Assembly: GCF_014197795.1 (NCBI RefSeq)
Contig: NZ_JACIGI010000007.1
Coordinates: 1 to 32,000, forward strand
DNA from: Roseospira goensis
GTDB taxonomy: Bacteria; Pseudomonadota; Alphaproteobacteria; Rhodospirillales; Rhodospirillaceae
DNA: 32,000 nt
Reading direction: 5' to 3'
In this document: piece after piece, positions 25,016 through 32,000 of the stretch
Layout: the number at the start of each line of letters is the position of its first letter
How positions within the stretch are numbered: position 1 is the first letter of the stretch
The notes under the pieces: generated by a model
What the model was told of the DNA's origin: nothing
The model's database searches: none
What the model saw: only the letters and a program-made list of their open reading frames with translations
Translations under genes and position numbers: made by a program

Positions 25016-25368
25016 TGGCGACGGCCGCGCAGCGGGGCGCGATCCTGGCCCAGCTTGACGCGATCGAGGCGGAAATGAAGCGCATCGGGCTGTGGACCGA
25101 CCGCCTGCCCGATCCGCCCGCAACCGGACCGCTCGACCCCGCCGCCGGCTTCGACGCGTGGCTGCAGGGGGTGTTCCTGCCCAAGGCGCGGACCGCCGCC
25201 GAGACCGACACCCTGCCCGCGCGCAGTCAGGTGGGCGTGCTGGCCCTGCGCCAGTACGACCACCACAGCACGTGGGCGGCGGCGCGGCCGCTGCTTCGCC
25301 TGCTGAACGACTTCGACCGCATGGTGGAGGCGGCCGCTCCGCGCGGCCGGCGGCGGTCGGGCCGGTGA
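25015..25368 (+). CDS. YqcC-like (DUF446) protein
   Basis: 117 aa. The pattern L..LDAIEAEMKRIGLW...P...FDAWLQGVFLPKAR...LP matches the E. coli YqcC layout. The start overlaps the rnhA stop (TGATG). Confidence 0.65.
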   Translation: MATAAQRGAILAQLDAIEAEMKRIGLWTDRLPDPPATGPLDPAAGFDAWLQGVFLPKARTAAETDTLPARSQVGVLALRQYDHHSTWAAARPLLRLLNDFDRMVEAAAPRGRRRSGR

Positions 25369-25373
25369 CGGGC

Positions 25374-25857
25374 GGTCCCACGCCGGAGCGTGGGACCGAG
25401 ACAGGGGTGGTCTCTCTCGCGCCCACGCTCCTGCGTGGGCGCCCGCGGTCGACAGATGGTCCCACGCGGGCGCGTGGGACCGAGACAGGGGTGGTCTCTC
25501 GCGCCCACGCTCCCGCGTGAGCGCCCGCGGTCGACAGATGGTCCCACGCGGGCGCGTGGGACCGAGACAGGGGTGGTCTCTCGCGCCCACGCTCCTGCGT
25601 GGGCGCCCGCGGTCGACAGATGGTCCCACGCGGGAGCGTGGGACCGAGACAGGGGTGGTCTCTCGCGCCCACGCTCCTGCGTGAGCGCCCGCGGTCGACA
25701 GATGGTCCCTCGCGGGAGCGTGGGACCGAGAAGGGTGGTCTCTCGCGCCCACGCTCCTGCGTGGGCGCCCGCGGTCGACAGATGGTCCCACGCGGGAGCG
25801 TGGGACCGAGAAGGGTGGTCTCGCGCCCACGCTCCGGCGTGGGCGCCCGCGGTCGAT
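25374..25857. repeat. Six tandem copies of an ~82-bp palindrome-rich unit (REP/BIME-like) between convergent genes
   Basis: Units start at 25374, 25458, 25540, 25622, 25704 and 25784, with periods of 84, 82, 82, 82 and 80 bp. Each unit holds three hairpins: GGTCCCACGC-gggc-GCGTGGGACC, GAGAC-aggggtg-GTCTC and GCGCCCACGC-tcct-GCGTGGGCGC. Each unit ends in ccgcggtcgacagat. Confidence 0.9.
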
Positions 25858-25882
25858 AAGAGAGCTGACGGAAGGCCCGGCC

Positions 25883-27808
25883 TCAGGCCCGCGCCGGGGC
25901 GTCGACGGCCGCCGACCCGTTCAGCAGCGCCAGCACGGTGGCGGCGATGCCGCCGGCGTCGAAGCCGGCATCGACGGCCTGCTGCTCCGGCTTGCCCTGT
26001 TCGACGAAGCGGTCCGGCATGCAAAGGGTACGCACCTTCAGGCCCTGGTCCAGCAGCCCCTCGGCCGCCAGCGTCTGCAGCACATGGGCGCCGAAGCCGC
26101 CGTGCGCGCCTTCCTCGACCACCACCAGCGCTTCGTGCTCGGCGGCCAGCCGGCGCAGCAGGTCGCGGTCCAGCGGCTTGGCGAAGCGGGCGTCGGCCAC
26201 GGTCGGCGACAGGCCACGCTGGGCCAGGTCCTCGGCTGCCCGCAGGCAGGGGAACAGCCGCGTCCCGATCGACAGCAGGGCCACCACCTTGCCCTCGCGC
26301 ACGATGCGGCCCCGGCCGATCGGCAGCGGCGTGCCGCGCTCGGGCAGGTCCACCCCCTCGCCCTCGCCGCGCGGGTAGCGCAGCGCCGACGGGCCGGCGT
26401 CGTAGGCGGCCATGGTGGCGATCATGTGCATCATCTCGCCCTCGTCCGACGGCGCCATCACCACCATGTCGGGCAGACACAGCAGGTAGGGCAGGTCGAA
26501 GGCGCCGTGGTGGGTGCCGCCGTCGGCGCCCACGTAGCCCGCGCGGTCCAGGCACAGCCGCACCGGCAGGCCCTGCAGGGCGACGTCGTGCACGATCTGG
26601 TCATAGGCCCGCTGCATGAACGTGGAGTAGATGGCCACGAACGGCTTGAAGCCCTCGCTGGCCAGGCCGGCGGCGAAGGTCACCGCGTGCTGCTCGGCGA
26701 TGCCGACGTCGAAGCAGCGCCTGGGGAAGCGGGCGCCGAACTTGTCCAGCCCGGTGCCGGCCGGCATGGCGGCGGTGATGCCGACCACGCGGTCGTCGTG
26801 CTCGGCCTCGGCGATCAGGCCCTTGGCGAACACCCCGGTGTAGCTGGGGGCCTGCGGCGCCGGCTTGTCGAGGGCCCCGGTGATGACGTTGAAGCGGCCG
26901 ACACCGTGATACTTGTCGGGGGCGGTCTCGGCCGGCTCGTAGCCGTGGCCCTTCTTGGTGACCACGTGCACCAGCACCGGGCCGTCCTGACGGGTTTCGC
27001 GCACGTTGCGCAGCACCGGCACCAGGTGATCGAGGCGGTGGCCGTCGATCGGGCCGACGTAGTAGAACCCCATCTCCTCGAACAGGGTGCCGCCGGTGAC
27101 GAAGCCGCGCGCGAACTCGTCGATCTGGGCCGCCGCGCGCTCCATCGGGCCGGGCAGGTGGGCCACCAGGTCCTTGGCCATGTTGCGCACCGAGACCCAC
27201 GGCTTGGACGACAGCAGTCGCGACAGATAGCCGCTCATGGCGCCCACCGGCGGGGCGATCGACATGTCGTTGTCGTTGAGGATGACGATCAGGCGGCTGT
27301 TGGTGTCGCCGGCGTTGTTCATGGCCTCGTAGGCCATGCCGGCGCTCATGGCGCCGTCGCCGATCACCGCCACCACGTTGCGGGTCGCGCCGGCCAGGTC
27401 GCGCGCCACCGCCATGCCCAGGCCGGCGGAGATGGAGGTGGAGCTGTGCCCGGCGCCGAAGGGGTCGTAGGGGCTTTCGGCGCGGCGCGTGAAGCCGGAC
27501 AGGCCGCCGGGCTGGCGCAGGGTGCGGATGCGGTCGCGCCGGCCGGTGAGGATCTTGTGCGGATAGCACTGATGGCCGACGTCCCAGATCAGGCGGTCGT
27601 CGGGGGTGTCGAACACGTGATGGAGGGCGATGGTCAGCTCCACCACGCCGAGGCCGGCGCCCAGGTGCCCGCCGGTACAGGAAACCGCCTCGATCACCTC
27701 CTGGCGCACCTCGTCGGCGAGGCGGGTCAGGTCGTCCAGCGACAGGTGACGGAGATCCTCGGGGTAGGTCACGGTGTCGAGCACCGGGGTGTTGGGGCGT
27801 CCGGGCAA
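25883..27808 (-). CDS. dxs: 1-deoxy-D-xylulose-5-phosphate synthase
   Basis: [48 protein letters not shown], and the TPP-binding [15 protein letters not shown]. There is no in-frame ATG near the conserved N-terminus. A TTG at 27808 preceded by gaagga gives 641 aa. The 726-aa track ORF is over-extended. Confidence 0.95.
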   Translation of the reverse strand: MPGRPNTPVLDTVTYPEDLRHLSLDDLTRLADEVRQEVIEAVSCTGGHLGAGLGVVELTIALHHVFDTPDDRLIWDVGHQCYPHKILTGRRDRIRTLRQPGGLSGFTRRAESPYDPFGAGHSSTSISAGLGMAVARDLAGATRNVVAVIGDGAMSAGMAYEAMNNAGDTNSRLIVILNDNDMSIAPPVGAMSGYLSRLLSSKPWVSVRNMAKDLVAHLPGPMERAAAQIDEFARGFVTGGTLFEEMGFYYVGPIDGHRLDHLVPVLRNVRETRQDGPVLVHVVTKKGHGYEPAETAPDKYHGVGRFNVITGALDKPAPQAPSYTGVFAKGLIAEAEHDDRVVGITAAMPAGTGLDKFGARFPRRCFDVGIAEQHAVTFAAGLASEGFKPFVAIYSTFMQRAYDQIVHDVALQGLPVRLCLDRAGYVGADGGTHHGAFDLPYLLCLPDMVVMAPSDEGEMMHMIATMAAYDAGPSALRYPRGEGEGVDLPERGTPLPIGRGRIVREGKVVALLSIGTRLFPCLRAAEDLAQRGLSPTVADARFAKPLDRDLLRRLAAEHEALVVVEEGAHGGFGAHVLQTLAAEGLLDQGLKVRTLCMPDRFVEQGKPEQQAVDAGFDAGGIAATVLALLNGSAAVDAPARA

Positions 27809-27896
27809 CGCTCTGGTCCTTCTGTTGCGGCATCGGCACGGCGGGAGCGGGGCCGGCGCCGCAGGCCGGCCGGCGTGCCCGCCCCCGGTCGATGCG

Positions 27897-28871
27897 TTAC
27901 CTGTCTCGTTCCACCACGTAGCGGGCCACCGCGCGCAGCAGGTCGGCCTCGGGGCCGAACACCTCCAGGTGCCCGACCGCCTGGTCGGACAGCAGGCGGG
28001 CCCGCTCGCGGGCGCCGTCCAGCCCCAGCAGGGTAACGAAGGTGGTCTTGCCGGCGGCGGCATCCTTGCCGGGGGTCTTGCCCAGATCCTGGGCGCTGCC
28101 GGTCTCGTCCAGCACGTCGTCCGCGATCTGGAAGGCCAGCCCCAGGTCGCGCGCGTAGGCTTGCAGGCAGGCGCGCATGCGCGCCGGCGCCTTGCCCATG
28201 ATCGGGCCGGCCAGACAGGCGAAGCTGATCAGCCGGCCGGTCTTGAGCTGGTGCATGCGGGTGATGGCGGCGACGTCCATGGACAGGTCGCCGATGCCGC
28301 GCTCGACCATCAGGTCGACCATCTGACCGCCGACCATGCCGCGCGCCCCGGCCGCCTCGGCCAACTCCCGCACCAGCTCGCAGCGCACCGCCGGGTCGGC
28401 GTGGCTGGCCGGGTCGGCCAGGATTTCGAAGGCCCGGGTCAGCAGGGCGTCGCCGGCCAGGATGGCGGTGGCCTCGTCGAACTGGCGGTGGCAGGTCGGC
28501 CGGCCGCGGCGCAGGTCGTCGTCGTCCATCGCCGGCAGGTCGTCATGCACCAGCGAATAGGTGTGCACCATCTCCAGCGCCGCGGCGACCGTCAGGGCCG
28601 CGCTGGGCGAGACGTTGAACAGCGCCGCCGAGCGCACCACCAGGAACGGCCGCAGCCGCTTGCCGCCGCCCATGGCGGCGTAGCGCATGGCCTCCAGCAC
28701 CCGCGCCTCGGGGGCGTCGGGCGGCGGCAGCAACTCGGACAGACGGGTGCCGACGGCCTCGCTGGTCTCGGCCATGGCGGCCTTCAGGGCGTGCGCCAGG
28801 GCGTCGCTCAGGCCGGTCACGGCCCGGGGGCGGGTGGTCGTCTCGGACAGGGTCCCGGGATCGGCGGTCAT
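27897..28871 (-). CDS. ispA: Farnesyl/geranyl diphosphate synthase (polyprenyl synthetase)
   Basis: GGKRLRP, first DDxxD region [20 protein letters not shown], and second motif FQIADDVLD. The ATG at 28871 gives 324 aa. Confidence 0.93.
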   Translation of the reverse strand: MTADPGTLSETTTRPRAVTGLSDALAHALKAAMAETSEAVGTRLSELLPPPDAPEARVLEAMRYAAMGGGKRLRPFLVVRSAALFNVSPSAALTVAAALEMVHTYSLVHDDLPAMDDDDLRRGRPTCHRQFDEATAILAGDALLTRAFEILADPASHADPAVRCELVRELAEAAGARGMVGGQMVDLMVERGIGDLSMDVAAITRMHQLKTGRLISFACLAGPIMGKAPARMRACLQAYARDLGLAFQIADDVLDETGSAQDLGKTPGKDAAAGKTTFVTLLGLDGARERARLLSDQAVGHLEVFGPEADLLRAVARYVVERDR

Positions 28872-28957
28872 GAAGCGGTCCTTGGTCTGGGCCTGGGATC
28901 TGGGCTTTGCGGGGGCCGGCGCGCCCGCACCGGGGCGGGGCGAGTCGGGGCGGCGGG

Positions 28958-29338
28958 TCACTCCACGTCGAGGGGCGCGGTGGTGACGCCGCCATCGGCG
29001 CCGGTGCTGGTGCCCGTGCCGATGCGCTCGACCTTGGCGCGGGCCTCGCCGAGCCGCGCCTCGCAGTGCTTGCGCAACCAGACCCCGCGCTCGTAGGCGG
29101 CCACGGCGGCGTCGAGGTCGACGCGCCCGGTCTCCAGGTGCTGCACGATCTCCTCCAGCGCCCGCAGCGCCTCCTCGAACGACAGCCGCGCGATGTCCTC
29201 GGGCGGACCGGACGGCGGACCGGACGGCGGATCGGCGGACGATCCCGGCGCGGCCGGATCGGCGGACGCGGCGGCCGCCTTGGGGGGCGGGTCGCCGGAC
29301 GAGGCGGAAGCGGACGGTTTGGACGTCTTGGAGGCCAT
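28958..29338 (-). CDS. xseB: Exodeoxyribonuclease VII small subunit
   Basis: LSFEEALRALEEIVQHLETGRVDLDAAVAAYERGVWLRKHCEARLGEA is the XseB core. It sits in the conserved xseB-ispA-dxs order. It has a Pro/Ala/Ser-rich N-terminal tail; start at ATG 29338. Confidence 0.85.
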   Translation of the reverse strand: MASKTSKPSASASSGDPPPKAAAASADPAAPGSSADPPSGPPSGPPEDIARLSFEEALRALEEIVQHLETGRVDLDAAVAAYERGVWLRKHCEARLGEARAKVERIGTGTSTGADGGVTTAPLDVE

Positions 29339-29657
29339 GGAAACCGGAGTCCGGGTAAGCGGTGGGCCGGGCGGGGACTCGGGGCGCCATCCGGCCCGGA
29401 CGGACTCCTCGCGGCACCCGTGCCCGTGGCACAGCCGCGATGGTCCCCCGGCTGGACGGACCACAGCCCCCCGCTGCGGTCCGGGGTCCCGAAACCGCGG
29501 GTCGGTGGGACCGGCCCCCTCGGCGCATCATACGCCTATGTCCCTGAGTCGCAACAGGGCGCGGTCCCTGTGTCAAGGAAAGGCGACAGTTTTGTGTCCG
29601 TGGTGTCAGACCACCGCGACGGTCAGCGCCACCCCACCGCCCGGGCCGCGCGGCCGG

Positions 29658-30326
29658 CTACTCCACCGCCTGCTTGAGCGCCGCGCTGGCGGCCCAGGGG
29701 CACAGCACCAGCCCACCCAGCAGCAGGGCGCCCAGGATCATGAGCTGTGGGCCGTAGTCCAGGCCCATCACGGCCGCATCCACGGCCGAGACGCCGAACA
29801 CCAGGACGGGAATATACAGCGGCAGCACCAGCAGGGACAACAGCACCCCGCCGCGGCGCGCCCCCAGCACCAGGGCGGCGCCGACGCTGCCGATCAGGCT
29901 CAGGGTCGGGGTGCCCAGCGCCATTGCCGCCAGCAGCACGCCGTAGCCCTCGGGCCGCATCGCCAGCAGCACCGCCAGCAGCGGCGAGGCCACGATCAGC
30001 GGCAGCCCGGTGGTCAGCCAGTGCGCCGTCACCTTGCCCAGCACCAGCGCCACCGTGGGCGTCGGCGTCAGGGTCAGCAGATCCAGGCTGCCGTCCTCGT
30101 AGTCGGCCTGGAACAGGCGGTCCAACGACAGCATGGCGGCCAGCAGCGCGGTGACCCAGACCACGCCGGCGCTGATCCGTTCCAGCACCGCCAGCTCGGG
30201 GCCGACCCCGAACGGGAACAGCGCCACCGTGATGACGAAGAACGCCACCACCATCAGGCTGTCGGCCCCCTGGCGCAGGGCCAGCCGCAAGTCGCGGCGC
30301 AGCACGGCGAGCACGGCGCCGGTCAT
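29658..30326 (-). CDS. ccmB: Heme exporter protein CcmB
   Basis: 222-aa polytopic membrane protein. LRRDLRLALRQG...FPFGVGPE...WVTALLAAMLSLDRLFQADYEDGSLDLL is the CcmB signature. Its start overlaps the ccmA stop (ATGA). Confidence 0.9.
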   Translation of the reverse strand: MTGAVLAVLRRDLRLALRQGADSLMVVAFFVITVALFPFGVGPELAVLERISAGVVWVTALLAAMLSLDRLFQADYEDGSLDLLTLTPTPTVALVLGKVTAHWLTTGLPLIVASPLLAVLLAMRPEGYGVLLAAMALGTPTLSLIGSVGAALVLGARRGGVLLSLLVLPLYIPVLVFGVSAVDAAVMGLDYGPQLMILGALLLGGLVLCPWAASAALKQAVE

Positions 30327-31213
30327 GGCCGGGCCTCCGCCTGCGGCGCGAACGCGCCGCCGTGTGGAGTCTGCGGCGCGTCCGCGCCGCCGTGTGGAGT
30401 CTGCGGCGCGTCCGCGCCGCCGTGTGGAGTCTGCGGCGCGTCCGCGCCGCCGTGTGGAGTCTCGTAGAGGTCCTCGTGCAGGCCCCAGGCGGTGGCGGCG
30501 TCAACGGCGAAGGCGTCCAGGTCCAGCACCCGCGCCCCGGGCAGGGTGACGCCCTGGTGGGTCGACAGGGCGATCATGCCGCCGGCGGCGCGGTGCTCGG
30601 CCATCACGGCCTCCAGGACGGCGATCGACGCCTTGTCGAGCGCCGTGGTCGGCTCGTCCATCAGCCACAACGGCGCCGGCGCGGCCAGCAGGCGGGCCAG
30701 GTTGAGCCGGCGCTTCTGCCCGGCCGACAGCATGCGCCCCGGCACCTGGGCCAGGTGGGTCAGGGTCAGGCGCTCCAGGGCGGCGTCCACGCGCGCGGCC
30801 AGGGTGGCGGGGGTGTCCGCCGGTCCGGCGCAGACCCGGGCCCAGAAGGTCAGGTTCTCCCGCGCCGTCAGCACCGGCTTGATGGCGTCGCTGTGGCCGA
30901 CGTAGCGGGCGCGGGCGTGGTGGCGCTCGGGGTCGTCGGCCACCGGGCCGTCGTGCCAGGCCAGCGTCCCGGCGGCCGGGCGCAGCAGCCCGGCCATCAG
31001 GCGCAGCAGCGACGACTTGCCGGAGCCATTCGGCCCCAGCAGCAGCAGGGCCTCGCCGGCGGCGAGCGAGAACGCCAGGTGGGCGAACACCAGCCGCTCG
31101 CCCCGGATGCACACCAGCCCGCGGCCCTCGAAGCGGGCGGCGCTGGGATCGGCGGCGGCAGCGGTGGCAGCGGCAGCGGAAGACGCGGCGGGCGCGGAGG
31201 CGGCGGCAGTCAT
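30323..31213 (-). CDS. ccmA: Heme ABC exporter ATP-binding protein CcmA, with Ala-rich N-terminus and repeat-encoded C-terminal extension
   Basis: Walker A GPNGSGKSSLLR, signature LSAGQKRRLNLA, Walker B LWLMDEPTTALD, H-loop STH. The start is ambiguous (ATG at 31213 or 31225). The C-terminal ~45 aa are TPHGGADAPQ repeats. Confidence 0.9.
   Translation of the reverse strand: MTAAASAPAASSAAAATAAAADPSAARFEGRGLVCIRGERLVFAHLAFSLAAGEALLLLGPNGSGKSSLLRLMAGLLRPAAGTLAWHDGPVADDPERHHARARYVGHSDAIKPVLTARENLTFWARVCAGPADTPATLAARVDAALERLTLTHLAQVPGRMLSAGQKRRLNLARLLAAPAPLWLMDEPTTALDKASIAVLEAVMAEHRAAGGMIALSTHQGVTLPGARVLDLDAFAVDAATAWGLHEDLYETPHGGADAPQTPHGGADAPQTPHGGADAPQTPHGGAFAPQAEARP
30341..30460. repeat. 4 x 30-bp perfect/near-perfect tandem repeat inside the ccmA 3' end
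   Basis: The unit ctgcggcgcgtccgcgccgccgtgtggagt occurs at 30371, 30401 and 30431, and these three copies are identical. A variant copy (aac for tcc) lies at 30341. The repeat is in frame and encodes TPHGGA(D/F)APQ on the minus strand. Confidence 0.95.
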
Positions 31214-31359
31214 GCGCGGGACCATACGGGAGGGCGCGCCGGTTGGGAAGCGGGGCGCGGTCGCGACCGCCTCACCGGCGGCCGCGCGCCCGGCGGTGTC
31301 AGCGACGGACGGACGATCGGCTCTAGCCACCGCCGGGCGGCCTCCGTACACTTGCGGCC

Positions 31360-32000
31360 ATGCGACACCTTTATCATCATTGGTTGGTGCCCGGCGCCCG
31401 GCTGGCCCGTCTGGTGCTGGGCGAGAAAGGGCTGGCGGCGGAAATGTGCGCCGTGACCCCCTGGGTGCGGGACGAATCGTTCCTGGCGCTCAACCCGGCC
31501 GGCGAGGTGCCGGTGCTGATGGAGGCTGACGGCAGCACCGTGGCCGGAACGATGGCCGTGGCCGAGTACCTGGACGAGGTCTATCCGGACCCGCCGCTGC
31601 TGGGGACCGAGCCCCGGGTGCGGGCGGAGGTGCGCCGGCTGGTGGCCTGGTTCGGCGACAAGTTCCGCCAGGAGGTCACCGAGCCCCTGGCCGGCGAAAA
31701 GCTGCTGACCCGGGTGATGGGCGGCGGCACCCCGGATTCGCGCGCGCTGCGGGCGGGCCGCGCCAACATCCACATGCACCTGGAGTACATCGCCTGGCTG
31801 ACCCAGGCCAACCGCTGGCTGGCCGGGCCGCGCCTGACCCTGGCGGACCTGATGGCCGGGGCCCACCTGTCGCTGGTCGACTACGCCGGCGACGTGCCAT
31901 GGGACGACCATCCCGCGGCCAAGGAGTGGTACATGCTGCTCAAGTGCCGGCCCGGCTTCCGGCCGTTGTTGGCGGACAGCGCGCCCGGCTTGCGCCCGGC
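31360..32000 (+). CDS. Glutathione S-transferase family protein (3' end outside the window)
   Basis: Hand-translated from the ATG at 31360: MRHLYHHWLVPGARLARLVLGEKGL...LNPAGEVPVLMEADGS...VAEYLDEVYPDPPLLG...LAGPRLTLADL. This is a thioredoxin-fold GST N-domain followed by the helical C-domain. It is open to the window end, so it is absent from the ORF track. Confidence 0.7.
   Translation, partial: MRHLYHHWLVPGARLARLVLGEKGLAAEMCAVTPWVRDESFLALNPAGEVPVLMEADGSTVAGTMAVAEYLDEVYPDPPLLGTEPRVRAEVRRLVAWFGDKFRQEVTEPLAGEKLLTRVMGGGTPDSRALRAGRANIHMHLEYIAWLTQANRWLAGPRLTLADLMAGAHLSLVDYAGDVPWDDHPAAKEWYMLLKCRPGFRPLLADSAPGLRP

Noticed and set aside
25374-25857. Tandem repeat block considered as a fourth CRISPR array
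   Set aside because: The whole ~82-bp unit repeats, so there are no unique spacers. There are no adjacent cas genes and the unit has internal palindromes. This is a REP-like tandem repeat, not a CRISPR.
27809-28063. N-terminal extensions of the track ORFs for dxs (726 aa), ispA (559 aa), xseB (168 aa), thrB (395 aa) and RT-cas1 (726 aa)
   Set aside because: The extensions are low-complexity Arg/Pro/Gly sequence preceding well-conserved family N-termini. Internal starts at the conserved N-termini were chosen instead.

Overview
High-GC (alphaproteobacterium-like) window in two parts. Positions ~1-22100 look like an accessory island built around a type III CRISPR-Cas locus. Positions ~22100-32000 are ordinary core genes.

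Island, left to right:
- a 1025-aa membrane protein that reads by eye as a DHH/DHHA1 (NrN-like) phosphoesterase fused to a CorA-like membrane domain
- CRISPR array 1 (8 repeats)
- an AbiEi/AbiEii-like gene pair
- an overlapping four-gene effector operon: an HD-less Cas10 with a GGDE motif, followed by three large fused RAMP/Cas7-family proteins (a type III-D-variant-like layout)
- CRISPR array 2 (26 repeats)
- cas2 and an RT-Cas1 fusion on the minus strand
- CRISPR array 3 (11 repeats)
- a stand-alone Cas6-like gene
- a P4-type tyrosine integrase next to a 3' half of tRNA-Arg(ACG), the likely att junction

The three arrays use three fixed variants of one 37-bp repeat. All variants end in ACTGAAAC, so all arrays read on the + strand. 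Their leaders share a TCAGTGGAAA motif.

Core genes: a lipoprotein, a CDGSH Fe-S protein, thrB, rnhA, yqcC-like, dxs-ispA-xseB, ccmB-ccmA and a partial GST.

Two repeat structures stand out in the core part: six tandem copies of an ~82-bp palindrome-rich unit between yqcC and dxs, and a 4 x 30-bp in-frame tandem repeat at the 3' end of ccmA.

Many long ORFs in the supplied track are artefacts: antisense mirror ORFs typical of high-GC DNA, or read-through of CRISPR repeats. All functional calls come from motif recognition by eye. No database search was run.
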